Below, one piece after another: positions 27,385 to 40,500 of a DNA stretch of 64,000 nucleotides. The first letter of the stretch is position 1; each line of letters begins with the position of its first letter. Both the position numbers and the translations under genes were made by a program. The stretch lies in NCBI RefSeq assembly GCF_006345805.1, contig NC_043007.1:57226001-57290000 (forward strand), in the 5' to 3' direction. The notes under the pieces were generated by a model. That model saw nothing but the letters and a program-made list of their open reading frames with translations. It did no database searches and was not told the origin of the DNA. This stretch comes from Octopus sinensis. Lineage: Eukaryota.

Positions 27385-28408
27385 ATAAAATAGTGCCAGT
27401 GTTCAATTACTCAATCAACATTCTCAGTTCAAATCTAGCAGTGGTCAACTGTGGGGATATGTGCTGCCTTGTGGTCGTGTTTGAAATCGATATTTGGCAT
27501 GTGTTTCTCTGAACGTGTTTTAGTTCTTTACACATATTTTGCTGTGTTATGAAAATTCATGATAGTATTTCCAGTCAGATTCTAACTACGATAGCATCAG
27601 GTTATTAGAGTAAAGAAAATATACTAAACTGAGCCAAAGTGGGAACCTCCACCGATCGCTCAAATTATCGGAAATAGCAATCGAATCCCCTTCTTTCAAA
27701 CTCTACAATATCAAACAACGAAGGACACAATCAATGATTTAGACCTAGATACACTATAATTAAAAAAAAAAACTGAATGGTCAGGTATAGGATTAGAGTT
27801 GGGGTTAGAAAACAGCATAAGCTTGAGTGATTAAGAAGTTCACTTCTAAACTATGAGGCCTCAGTTTCGATCGCCCTATGTAACATCTTGAGCAAAAACG
27901 ATAGCCTCAGGTTGACCTAAGCCGTGTGAATAAAATTGGGTAAACAAAAATTGTATACAAGCTCATCGGATGGACTATACTTGTAATTCAAAGATGACAC
28001 CTTGTCACATACAGAGTCTTACGGATTCTACCTGAGAAATACGTTGGGAAATATATCATTTGAGTGCTCAAACACTTCGTGCCTTAATCCAGTGAGTAGG
28101 CTGCCCAGTTGAAAGAATAATTGGATGCTCGAGATCGACGTAAGATTCATGATACTCTTGAAAAAATAAGTTTTTGTTCAGGGAAGATATGAATTTTGAA
28201 GTTCGGGTACCTTTCATTGTAACACGTCAACTGATAGGACTTTTACGAATTTATTAATTGGGATATATATTTATATATATCCAGAGGAACACATGCCAAA
28301 TATTGATTCCAAACACAACCACAAGGCAGCACATATCCCCACAGTTGACCATTGCTAAATTTGAACTGAGAATGTTGATGGAGTAATTGAACACTGGCAT
28401 TATTTTAT
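27385..28408. repeat. 127-bp inverted repeats around a 770-bp spacer (foldback or MITE-like)
   Basis: 27385-27511 versus the reverse complement of 28282-28408: 8 mismatches by manual alignment. The spacer contains a decayed family A SINE at ~27826-27970. Confidence 0.85.
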
Positions 28409-29070
28409 ATACAACCTCTGTGTCTACTACTATCCTAATGAAATATCTTCGTTATTTAAGACTACAGTATGACCGACAGGTACGTGGCTGCTATTTCCAA
28501 TCTGATGCTCACTATGTTACCCTTCTTCGATGAAGAGAGGGTGCATTAAAAAAAAAAACTAGAGTGAATCAGCGAACGGGCAGAATTCTTTGGACTGTCT
28601 TGCAATATTTATTTCGGTTCTCTTCGTTCAAATCTCGTTATTGTCAAATTTACACTTCATTCTTTCGAGATCCATAGATAAAGTGTCAGTCAAGTACGGG
28701 GGGGGGGGGGGCGTCGTGTATTTTTTCTTCTCTATTTCACTCCCTGAAAACTGTATTTGTTGTGAGAGACTGTAAGAAGCTGTTCCCAGTATCTGGTACG
28801 TCAAAAAGCGTTAAGAGAGCTTACTGAGATCTTCAGAGATAAACAAAACAACAAAAACACCCACCTTTGATCCCTTTCCTCTACACCCATCTCCATCTCA
28901 TCTTTTAATCTTTTTTGATAATTCATTCACTTTATCTCACACCACGTGATATCAATATAATCTGCTTTTAACCAAGGTCCGACAAAGGTGAAAGATAAAA
29001 TCGATCCTGTAACGATTGTAATCCGAAATGTAAAGAGATGTAACTAAAATACTATTTTCTTCCAAAGAAT

Positions 29071-29472
29071 TATTAATTTCAAATTTTAGCACAAGGCCAG
29101 CAATTTCGGGGGAGGGGAATAAGTAATTTGTATCGATCCCAGCGTTCAACTGGTATTTATTTCATCGACTCCGAAAGGATGAAAGGCAAAATCGACGTTG
29201 GCAGAATTTGAACTCAGAACGTAAAGACAAACGAAATACCTATTTCTTTACTACCCACAAGAGGCTAAACACAGAGAGGACAAACAAGGACAGACAAACG
29301 GATTAAGTCGATTATATCGACCCCAGTGCGTAACTGGTACTTATTTAATCGACCCCGAAAGGATGAAAGGCAAAGTCGACCTCGGCGGAATTTGAACTCA
29401 GAACGTAACGGCAGATGAAATACGGCTACGCATTTCGCCCGGCGTGCTAACGTTTCTGCCAGCTCACCGCCC
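29071..29472 (-). mobile_element. Composite of two family B SINE units with a 12-bp TSD
   Basis: Full unit GGCGGTGAGCTGGCAGAAACG...GAGTTCAAATTCC followed by a 5'-truncated variant unit. CTTCCAAAGAAT at 29059-29070 and 29473-29484. Confidence 0.85.
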
Positions 29473-30806
29473 CTTCCAAAGAATATTGACTTACTTCATA
29501 CGACAGTGATTATAAAGCTCACTTCACAACCATATACACAGATCTGCGTTCGATTTCATTGCGCAGCATCTTCGGTATGCTTTCATTTTCTACCATAGCC
29601 TCGGGACAACTAAAACATCAGAAGTGAAACTGTGGTGTAGAAGCCTGCTTGTGCACACACACACATACACACACACACTGGTGTGGAAGTGAAAAAGTGG
29701 GTCAAAGGAAATACCTTCTGGTATTTAATCCGTTTTTCTTAATCCTTTGCATGTCAGTCGACATCAGGTTACCTTCATCTACGACAACAACAGATTAGGT
29801 AGCGATCAAAATATTGCGGTTGAAGTAAATCACAAAATAAAAAAGATAACTTTAAAGGCAATGCTGTATCGTAGCCGCAGTCTAATGACTCAAACAAATA
29901 AATTGAGCAAGAGGCCAACAAATTATTTTCGGATGAGTATACTGAGTAAATTCAATAATATGGATCCCAATATTAATCGGAATCTATGTATCGATATCTG
30001 AACCATAAAAGATAAAATCGATGCAAGTAGGATTTGAACTCAGAACATATTAAAACGTAACTAAAAACTCATTTTCGGTTTCCTCATTCTTTCCTCTATA
30101 ATTTCTTTCGTCACATCCTCCGCCATTTTATTTATCTCTTCATCTATGTGCCCCATCTTACTCCTCCCCCTTCTTCTCCTTCATCGCATACATTCTAACA
30201 GAGAAAGTCTCGGTAGGTCGGACTTGCGGCTGCGAGCGAACTAAGTAAAGCCATCAAGATACTATTTATTCTGTAATTTTTTTCCCTCCTTCCTTGACTT
30301 CGATGTTTCTAGACGCTATGGCAATCAATCAAATCACACACACAGTCACTTATACACATACACGCACACATATATGCACGCGTGCACACACACACGCACA
30401 CACTCAGAGACCATGTCTACTTTCCAAAGTATTTTTTCTCTCCATATTTTCTTTCCAATCACTATGAACAAACATCAAGGATCAGGTTTCACTAACCCAC
30501 CTCTTCTTCTTCTTCTTCTTCTTCTTCTTCTTCTTCTTCTTCTTCTTCTCTTCTTCGTCTATCACGACTTCCTTACGCCATACATCTTCAATCTACCACC
30601 GTCTATCGTCTTTACTTCACCTATTCCCCAAGTCTTCCCCATTCCACCCCACCCCCATAGTTTGCTCAGTGTGCAGTCCTCCAGATCATATTTCTCTCTG
30701 CAACACTGGCGCTGATTGCCAAAAGATAAATTCCGCTCGGAGACAATTAATTAGTGACATACTCAAGGGAAGGTGAATCGCTGTACTACTTCATTATATA
30801 CATAGC

Positions 30807-30859
<53 letters not shown>

Positions 30860-32189
30860 TAATGATGATGATGATGATGATGATGATGATAATGATAATA
30901 ACAATAATTCGCTAACACTATACACCCACTTGTATACATGCATATTTGCGTACATTTATATATATATATATATATATATAAGGGTGGTATCCGATTTCTT
31001 TTATTCTCAGATGATTTTGTTGTTGCTGTCGTTGGAGTTGGTGAGGATGGCTTTTATATTCCACTCAACCAAGACGGCAAATATGATGAAGAAAGAGTCT
31101 GAGATTTGAAGAAATACAATAACGGTGGAAAATATGAAGACACAGATGTACACATGAGGTGAATAGTTAAAGAGCAACAACACCAACAACATTCGCAACA
31201 ACAACTATAGCGATTTCTAAGAAAAATTACAATGATATTGATGTGTCAACGGGAAACGCACAACGTGGTTCCTAGAATTTGTCAGATATAGTAGAGAAAT
31301 CTCCTTGAAATCATGTAGCCATCTTAAAAAACAAAAAATAAAATAAAATAAAACGAACTTCTGTAGTTTCCAACAGTATCACGTTGTCATCGTCCGTTTG
31401 TGCAGCTGAAGGGGAAGGATCCCAAAACTAGAACAGATGAAAATAGATGTAATGCAAGACAAACGGGAACCAAAGATTCAGCCCTCACTGGAAGGGAAAT
31501 CAAGAAACACGATATTATTCCGAGGTCCGGGATGAAACATGTTCCGCTTTTAATGGTAGATATATAGGAATTCTTCCTTTATCAAACACTTGAGTAAAGA
31601 AATTCAGCATAGATGTGTTTCCATTGGTTATAAAACTTTGCCAAGTAGATCTTTCCTCGACTAATCCGTTCATGTCAAAAATTTGTGTCGATGTGGAAAA
31701 TAAGAGACTTAGTTTTTCTGTTTTACTCATTTGTCAAAAGGTGCGCTTTCACTGTATGATGTTACTGTTGTTGATTTCCTTATTGCTGTGAATGTTCTGT
31801 TACTTGCAGTGTTTTCTGTTAAAGCGGTATAAATGTATTTCCTTGGAAACTACTTGCGTCTGGCTGTGTGTTGTCAGCCTCTGCGTCACAGCATATCATC
31901 AGTCGCGATATGTCAATATCTCCTCCCACTGATGGGCGTTGACAGTAGATGTAAGCCGTCAAACAAGTAGAATCTGTTCCCATCGCTAAAAGACAGGAGA
32001 CCGCGAAGTTGCTATCGTTACAAGGGATGTTGACTATGTCGACGGAGCAAAGTCAGCTCGTTCATCAAACGTAGGGCTGGCAAACGAATTTGCAAACATA
32101 TTGCTGTGTCTCTTACTAAAGAGTCAAGGGAGGTGTTCCGACATTCTTTTCCTCGAATGGAAACCAGCTGTTTATAAATTCCTCGCATC

Positions 32190-32930
32190 AGGATTATCGC
32201 TCGAAAATAGGGATGACATGTGTAGCGTTTGTATTGTGTGTACGTACGCCAAGACTTATGTCGCGTGGGTAAAAACTTTGGGTGAGAAGTGACGCTACTC
32301 TTCCTGCGCATGCGAGAAAATTTTCGTGCCAGTAGGCAAAACTCAGACCAAGGAGTGGTACAACCACTTCAAACATAGCTGCACCTCTATGGAAAGTGAG
32401 GCACACTCAGGCAGGCCATCCATAAGCCGAAACGAAGGTCCGGCGAATAGTCATCGAAGACCGTCGTGTAACAAACCAGTAAATTGCTCAGGGTGTGAAA
32501 TTAAGTACAAGATCAATGCCTTCTATTTTAAAGGAGGATTTGTGCCTGCGGAAAGTGTCGGTAAAATTCGCCTCCAAGGTGCTGGCGGAGCAGCAGAAGC
32601 AACTTTGCATGGAATTCGCTCAAGCCATGCTGGACTGTGCAAACTACGAACCAGACTTCGTGGAGACCATTATCCCAGGTGATGAGACATGAATTTATGG
32701 TCTCTGCTTAATGCGTTCGGCCATCTTGCGGGAAAGCGAAAATCCGACGAGCGTACACTACGGTTTATTTTTAGGCGTAACTGCCGTGTATTCTCATGGT
32801 CTACAAGCCCCAAGATTTTCTTGCATGCACAGGAAGAGTGGCATCACTTCCTACTCAAAGCATTTTGCCAACGCAAAATTTAGTTTTGGAGTGGAAAAAT
32901 AAAATCGGGTACTTTTTGAACGCACCTCGT
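32190..32930 (+). mobile_element. Internally deleted mariner transposon relic
   Basis: GKTQTKEWYNHF...SGRPS (HTH) and SILKEDLCLRKVSVKF...IIPGDET*IYG (first catalytic Asp region). Right TIR-like end reads TA-CGAGGTGCGTTCAAAAAGT on the minus strand. Confidence 0.8.
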
Positions 32931-33064
32931 ATATGTAAGTATAGACGCATGTATAGATACTCTCTCCTAGTTATATTTAATTCAAGGAGATACACTCATC
33001 ACACAATGTCTCTCTCTCCCTTTCTCTCTGTCTATCCGCTTCCTGTCTGTCTGTCTGTCTCTTG

Positions 33065-33783
33065 TCTATACATATAAATTTGACATGGGCGATTCTTTTT
33101 TGTCTTGAGATTGACGGTCAAACGGCTAGGTGGAATTGCGCGAAAAATTACACAGATGTGTAGAATAATCCGCTGGTGTTGCTGGGCATTTTATTTTTTC
33201 ATAGCTCCTATGGTTACCGAGATAATCTACTATAATAATACTCTTGTGTTTATGAATGAGAAAGGAAGGAGTGATAGATGAATAAAGAAGGAAGGGGTGA
33301 TGACATATTTTTTCATACCCTCCCCATGGTTACCGAGATAATCTACTATAATAATACTCCTTTCTCATTCATAAACATAATGTTTGTGAGTGAGAAATGA
33401 AGGGGTGATAGATGAATAAGGAAGGAGGAGTAATGTCTTACTTGGTAGTGGAATGATGAAAATTGTACGCTGAAAAAGATAAATCAAACAGCGTTTCAAC
33501 TCTGTGTAAATATATGTGTTTGTAAAAGGAGGGTATATGAATGTGTGCGTTTGCGTGCACGCGCGGAATCGAAGTGGGATGGTTCATCTTTGTTCGCTTA
33601 GTATTTGGGTTTATTTTTGATTTGGTTGAATCTTGGTCTTTTTTTGGTCAGTTATTTTTAGCATTTTGACAGATAATTGTTTTTTTTAACGTAAGCGTGC
33701 CCAAACAAGTCGAATGCTTAGACAGAGCAGGTTTTACACCCACATCATCCAAACCGACCTGGTGAAACCGGGCTTAGCTGCTA

Positions 33784-33784
<1 letters not shown>
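33065..33784 (+). mobile_element. Non-autonomous Helitron-like element
   Basis: TCTATACATATAAA 5' start, hairpin CCTGGT-gaa-ACCGGG, CTAG|T end into (TA)n. Internal 34-bp direct repeat at ~33210 and ~33327. Confidence 0.55.
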
Positions 33785-33848
<64 letters not shown>

Positions 33849-34023
33849 GTTACATAATATATCTATACAGAGAGAGAGAGAAAGAGAGAGAGAGAAAGCG
33901 CGTGTGTGGGAGAGAGAGAGAGTGCATGTGTGCGTGTGCGGTGAGAGTGAGAGAAAAGGGGAGAGAAAGAGATCTATGGATCTATTTAACAGTCTAGTTT
34001 GTTATTTATCAATGTATAAATCG

Positions 34024-34342
34024 TATATTAGTCATACGATATAGTGTATATTTAAACACATAGAGAATTGTTTGTCTCGTGTGGATATGTTTAACACTAG
34101 GTTGGACCTACTGAAGAAAATCAAACCTTGTGAGTTTTCCATGACTCGCTAAAAGATGATTAGAAACCAATTGGTCCAGGAAAGTAGATGGTAAATGTTT
34201 TTCATTTCCAAATTTATTCCTGTCGAATTTTATCCCGAATTTTTTGTGGTCATAGAACTTAGCTGTTCTTTCTAGCGCGTCGAATCCCTATAAGTGGATT
34301 CTCTATGTGTTTAAATATACACTATATCGTATGACTAATATA
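34024..34342 (+). mobile_element. HHR-bearing pLTR-like insert enclosed by a perfect 45-bp inverted repeat
   Basis: 34024-34068 is the exact reverse complement of 34298-34342. The spacer holds an HHR. Confidence 0.8.
34107..34180 (+). ncRNA. Hammerhead ribozyme with extended stem II
   Basis: CCTa-CTGAAGA-aAATC...GAGT(ttccat)..ACTC...GATTa-GAAA-CCAATTGG-TC^cAGG. 10-nt palindrome ACCAATTGGT and GUC triplet. Confidence 0.7.
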
Positions 34343-34439
34343 TAGTCGTTTTGACAAAAAAATTTTACGCTTTAGACCACTGGAAATGTAAATTTTAATT
34401 GAATATTTTAAATTTTAATTAAATTCCATTTCCCTTACC

Positions 34440-34694
34440 ATGTGGTTCGTAAGCAAGCTACTTACCACACAGCCACTCCTACGCCTATATATGTATATAT
34501 TCTTTTATTGTTCCAGTCATTTGACTGGAGCGCCATCTTGAAGGGTCTTAGTCGACGAAATCTACCCCAGAACTTATTTTTTACAGTCTACTACTTATTG
34601 TGTGTCTTTTGCCGAACCGCTTGTTTACAAGGAAGTAAACACACCGACACCGGTTGTCAAGCGGTGATGGAGGGACAAGCACAGACACAAACAC

Positions 34695-34782
<88 letters not shown>

Positions 34783-35190
34783 ATATACACGACGGGCTTC
34801 TTTCAGTACCCATCTAACAAATCCATTCACAAGATATAGTAGAAGAAACTTGCCCAAGGTGCCACTGTACCCGGAGGCATGTTGTTGAGAAGCAAGCTTC
34901 TTTGTACACCATTATTGAATACACATATATCTTTTACTTGTTTCAGACATTTGAGTACGGCCAAGCTGGGGTACCACCTCTCAGAATTTTAGTCAAACTA
35001 ATTGACCCTGGTACTTCTTTCTTGCTTTGGAAAGCCTAGTACTTATTCTGTCGGTGTCTTTTGCCGAAACCGGTAGTTTACGGGAACGTAAGCACACCAA
35101 CATCGGTCGTCAAGCAGTGATGGGAGCAAACATGAGCACAAAGTCACTCACACATATACGCACATATAAAATATAATAATAATAATAATG

Positions 35191-35232
<42 letters not shown>

Positions 35233-35695
35233 TAATAATAATAATAATAATAGTAATAATAATATATAATATAAATAATATATAAATATATGCAGATATA
35301 TATATATATACATATATGTACATACCTACATATATATGTATATACACATGCATATATGGGTACAAGACATCAAAAAAACATTGAACACAATGAGAAACGA
35401 AAATAAAAACGAAAACATAGAAACGAACTTTTTTTTGAACAACGAAAAAACAAACAGGGAAACGAGACATGCAACATAAAGAATATTCCACTTCTTCAGT
35501 TGTCCCTGTTTCATCTACTCCGCGTTTCGAAACGATGGGCTTCTTTCAGTTTCCGTCTACTAAATCCACTCACAACACTTGATCGGCTCGAAGCTATAGT
35601 AGAAGACAATTGACCAAGGTGCAAACAGTGGGACTGAATCCGTAATCAAGAGGTTGGGAAGCAAACTTTTTACCACACAGCCACGCCTCCGCCTA
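34440..35695 (-). mobile_element. Cluster of family A SINE copies and fragments
   Basis: Head at 34440-34485, near-full copy 34500-34910, 3' half 34930-35140 and 5' half 35530-35695 separated by microsatellites and another repeat. Confidence 0.8.
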
Positions 35696-35809
35696 TAATG
35701 GCTTGTCATAAATAACAGCCACAGTAAAACGTCTACCTCGCTGTTTCTTGAGGTCTTGGGACAAGGCGTGGAACAGTTATCATAAACAAAGCAACAACAA
35801 CAAAAGGTA

Positions 35810-35841
<32 letters not shown>

Positions 35842-35882
35842 GATGATGATGATGACGGTGATGATGATGGTGGTGGTGGTGG

Positions 35883-35916
<34 letters not shown>

Positions 35917-35918
35917 AG

Positions 35919-35954
<36 letters not shown>

Positions 35955-35975
35955 CGACGGCGACGACGGTTATGA
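35810..35975. repeat. (GAT)n/(GGT)n microsatellite
   Basis: Direct reading; source of the poly-Met and poly-His ORFs. Confidence 0.95.
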
Positions 35976-36307
35976 CGATAAAAATATATATTTCTTGCCA
36001 CATTAACAATAATTACAAACATTTCAGTACAATGTATTCTTTACAATTTACAATGGAATACAAATATAAACAGCCGTATCAAGAATGTGTACAAGAATGT
36101 GAACGTCTGTTCTCGCGTGTATTTGCGTTCGAGCGCGTGTTTATGTGTACGTGGGCGTCAACGGATATGCGTGTGTATACATGCTTGTATATATGTATAT
36201 ATATATATATATATGAGTGTGTGTGTATATATATACATGCATATATATATTTATATATGTGTGTGTGTGCATATGTATATGTATATATATGTATGTATGT
36301 ATATGTA

Positions 36308-36338
<31 letters not shown>

Positions 36339-37510
36339 GTATGTATATATATGCGTATACACATATAGAGGTTTTAACAATATACTATTAATAATACAGA
36401 GTTGATAATGAGGATTTTGCGCACATTTGCAGATATCCTTATTATATTGGTAACTGTTAAACAAATAACAATAACAACAAAAAGAATACCTATAGCTGAT
36501 AACTTAATAATATAATTGCTTCTAATAATAGCAATGGTAGTGATGATAAAGAAGAGGAAGAGGATGAGGTTTGGAGTTGGAGGAGATGGGAAGGATGGTG
36601 GTGTCAAGCATGTTGCTGATGCTGCTGGCGTTGATGATGATAATGGTAGCGAAGTTGGACTCTTTTTCACAATATAGTTTAATAATATATACCCTTTTCC
36701 TACTACACCTTGCCATCATCTTTTTCCCTAACCACCACCACTACCACCACCACCACCACCGCCACCATCACCACACCGGCCACCATCATCATCGTCGTCA
36801 TCATTGAGATCATTATTACTACTTCTGTTTTCAGTTTTGCTTCGGTTTCCTGTTTTTACTGCATAAAGATGTGCTAACGAGGGGATATAAACTGTCTAAG
36901 CCACGTATAGATTAAAAGATTAGCAAGAAAACAATAGTTAGTATTTCAAATAATTCTTTACGATCGTTCAGCAACTGACAATCAATAGTTATTATAACAT
37001 ATCAAATTGATCATGGTTGGTGACGGGTTGCTTCATAAGTGCCCTCGAAAGCGATCGGCAAGGCGTTGGCCTTTTTCCCAAATACAAACGTCCCTGCAAA
37101 GTTTGCAACGTATAAAGTGGAAAGATGTGGTTGTGTTACTTAGGCCTGTTAATGAATTTAGCGTTCTTAAAGTAGGGACGTTGAAGTTTTGCCAGAGAGC
37201 TTACATAAAGTGTCTCGTTTTATGAGGTGGGGTGCATACTACTACTTTAACCTGACCAAACTGCCGCTACTCACTTCAACACAACAGAGCACTTATCAAT
37301 ATGCAGCATCTCGCCACACCATGGATCCCATATTGAAGGAAACAGCAAGAACAACGTTTGGTACCATGTAACCGATGGGTTATATTAATGTTTTCCCACC
37401 TATTCTTACATCTCCTTTTAGTTGACTAAACCTTTTCTTATCCTTCAGCTCTCCCTTAAATTTTCCCTACTACTTTACCCTCATCTCCCGATTCTCCTCT
37501 TGATTTCAAA

Positions 37511-40500
37511 GGGCGGAGGAACTCTTGAGAGTCAACGACCATCCAATAAATGTCTTAAGGCTGTATCATGCGCGGGGACATAGAAATAATCGGACTGAAT
37601 ACCGGGCGGTTAAACCATTGGGAATGAAGGACTCCTAGCCTTGTTAGGGCATCCTTCGAGGAGAAGGTAACTCAGGTAACTGGGATAACTCCGACAGAAA
37701 ACCTGCGGCTCAGTGTTTACCGATGATGTTGACTTGTTCTTCTTTTCGGATTATGGCTGCTGTTGCTTAGTGAGTGGGGTTGACTCAGTGCACATCCTTT
37801 CCTCACTTTAAAAAAAATCTTCTTGCACGGGCATTGCACGATAACAACATTGATTGATTGATTAAATTAATTAACTAATTCATGATTGTTGATAGCGCTG
37901 TGAGTCTCAACTGAATGGCTGGCTGTGGCCTTGAAAAGCAAAAAATCAATGATGTACCACAACAGTATAAAAATAAATGGCAGTAAGGACTCTGGAACCA
38001 CATCAGCTGAAGGAGTCTGGCCCGGCAGGGGCTCCAGAGCATCACAGTCTGAACCTAGCCGTCATCATGCTACTGGGATAGAACCAAAGAAAATATTGAA
38101 TATTGGCTGTTGGAATGTACGGACACTGCTTGACCGCAAGTCCTCTGAATGTCCTGAAAGAAGGACTGCGCTTGTTGCGAAGGAGCTTCAATGCTATGAT
38201 CTTGACATCGTTGCTTTATCTGAGACGAAATTACCTGGAGATGGTCATCTTACAGAATCTTGAGGAAAATATACATTCTTTTGGAAAGGGAGGAATGAAG
38301 AGTTTAGAGGAGAAGCTGGAGTAGCATTTGCTGTTAAGACTACTCTTGTGGACAAGTTGGAATAATTCCCAGTCGGAATTAACGAGCGTCTTATGTCCAT
38401 GAGAATTCCATTGACTAAAGGAAATTATATGACTTTGGTGAGTGTGTATGCTCCAACTATGTGCTATACTGATGACGAAAAACTTTCTTTCTACCATGCT
38501 TTGAAGGGCATTATAAGAAATATCCCTCGGGCAGACAAAGTCATCGTACTGGGTGACTTTAATGCTAGAGTGGGTAGGGATTTTAACACATGGACTGTAA
38601 TTGGAAAGCATGGGGTGCGAAAGTGTAATAGTAATGGCATGCTTTTGCTGCAGATGTGTGAGGAGCTGCGTCTGTGTGTTACCAATACCACGTTTCAACA
38701 AAATAATAAGTTTAAGACTACATGGATGCACCCTACATCTAAAGAATGGCATATTCTGGATTACATCCTTGTTAGGGTGCGTGACAGACAGGATGTGCAG
38801 TGTGTTTGTGTTCTTCGTGGAGCTGAGTGTTGGACTGACCACCGCCTAGTACGTGCAAAAGTGAAATTAGTCACAAAACATAAAATCCGAGCTGCAGGGA
38901 TTACCCTGCCTAAAAGACTGAATGTTGATCGTTTTAGGTGTAATAGTGTGAAGAGAACTTTACTAGAGGAAATGAATGCTGCAGATATTGGGGAGGATTG
39001 GCCGACCCTTAAAAAGTCAGTTTATGATATAGGCAAGAAAGTTCTGGGATTGATACAAAGAAAGCTCCAAGATTGGTTTAAAGAAAATGATGAACATATA
39101 GTTGATTTATTGGCTGATAAAAGACGTACTTTGTCACGCTATTTGTCAGCAAAGCCACAGGAAAGGCAAGTGTTCCATAGGGAACTCAAGGACGTAAAAT
39201 CACGTGTGAGGCAAAGGCTCTCAGAGATGAGGGATACGTGGTGGAGTAAGAAGGCCGATTAGATACAGGCGGCACCAGATTCCAATAGCACAAAGCTGTT
39301 GTATGGTCTCTTGCGAGAAGTTTATGGACCGACGTCTTCCCTGATGACACCACTCCGAAGCAGGGATGGTAAAGAACTTCGTTATTCACAAGGAATTCTG
39401 CGAAGGTGGCAAGAACACTTTGATGAACTTTTGAATCAGCAGTCTGTAGTTAGTGAGGATGTTCTCAATCTCATCCCTGGATTACCTGTGAAGGCAGAAC
39501 TCGCAGAACCACCAAAGTTGGAAGAAGTTGCAATGGCTATCTCAAGGTTGAATAATGGGAAGTCCCGGGTATGGATGGCATACATGCGGAGTTGTTACAT
39601 AATGGTGGTGGGAAACTTCTGCAGAAACTTCATTCTTTGTTTGGTACTAGTGAATCTGTACCTGAGGACTGGAGAGATACAGTAATGGAGGTCCTGTATA
39701 AGGGAAAGGACAACAGGAATGATTGTGGTAATTATAGGGGAGTATCATTGCTGTCTGTCGTAGGAAAGGTTTTATGCAGGGTACTTCCGGATCGTCTGCT
39801 GAAATACGTTGCAGACTGTGTTCTTCCAGAAAGTCAATCTGGCTTTCGTGTGGGACGTGCACTACTGATATGATTTTTTCAGCTAGACAGCTTCAGGAGA
39901 AGTGTGTGGAACAGGGTCTCGATTTGTATCAGGTTTTTGTCGATCTGACGAAAGCCTTTGATACCGTCACTAGAAAAGCATTGTGGAAAGTCTTCCAGAA
40001 ACTTGTGTGTCCTGAAAAGTTACTTGCTTTGGTTAGGTCTTTTCATGAAGACATGAATGGTAGGGTGAATGTTAGAGGGAAAATGTTGGAGCCTATTTCA
40101 ATACAAAATGGAGTGAAACAGGGGAATATTCTGGCACCGACCCTATTTGCCATATATTTTGCGATGGTGTTCTGTATTGTATTTAGAAACTGCAGATACG
40201 GTGTTTACATCCATTATCAAACCTCTGGCAGCATATTTACTATCAGGCGCTTTGCTGCGAAAACAAAGGTATTTACCTCTATCATGATAGACCTTTTGTA
40301 TGCAAATGATTGTGAGCTAGTAGCATACACAGAGATTGATATGCAACACATTTTGAAAGAAGTTTGCTCGATGAAACGTGTACATAAGCGGATTCATGTA
40401 TTCTCATGTATGTGAGTTTCCAGCGATATCATGATTCTATTAGTCAATAAGAATACAGCGGGGGCCGATACACATACACACACACACACACTGCCTTAGG

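Noticed and set aside
37505-37720. Possible HDV-like ribozyme in the RTE 5' UTR
   Set aside because: Known for some RTEs, but I could not build the nested double pseudoknot by eye. It needs a descriptor search.
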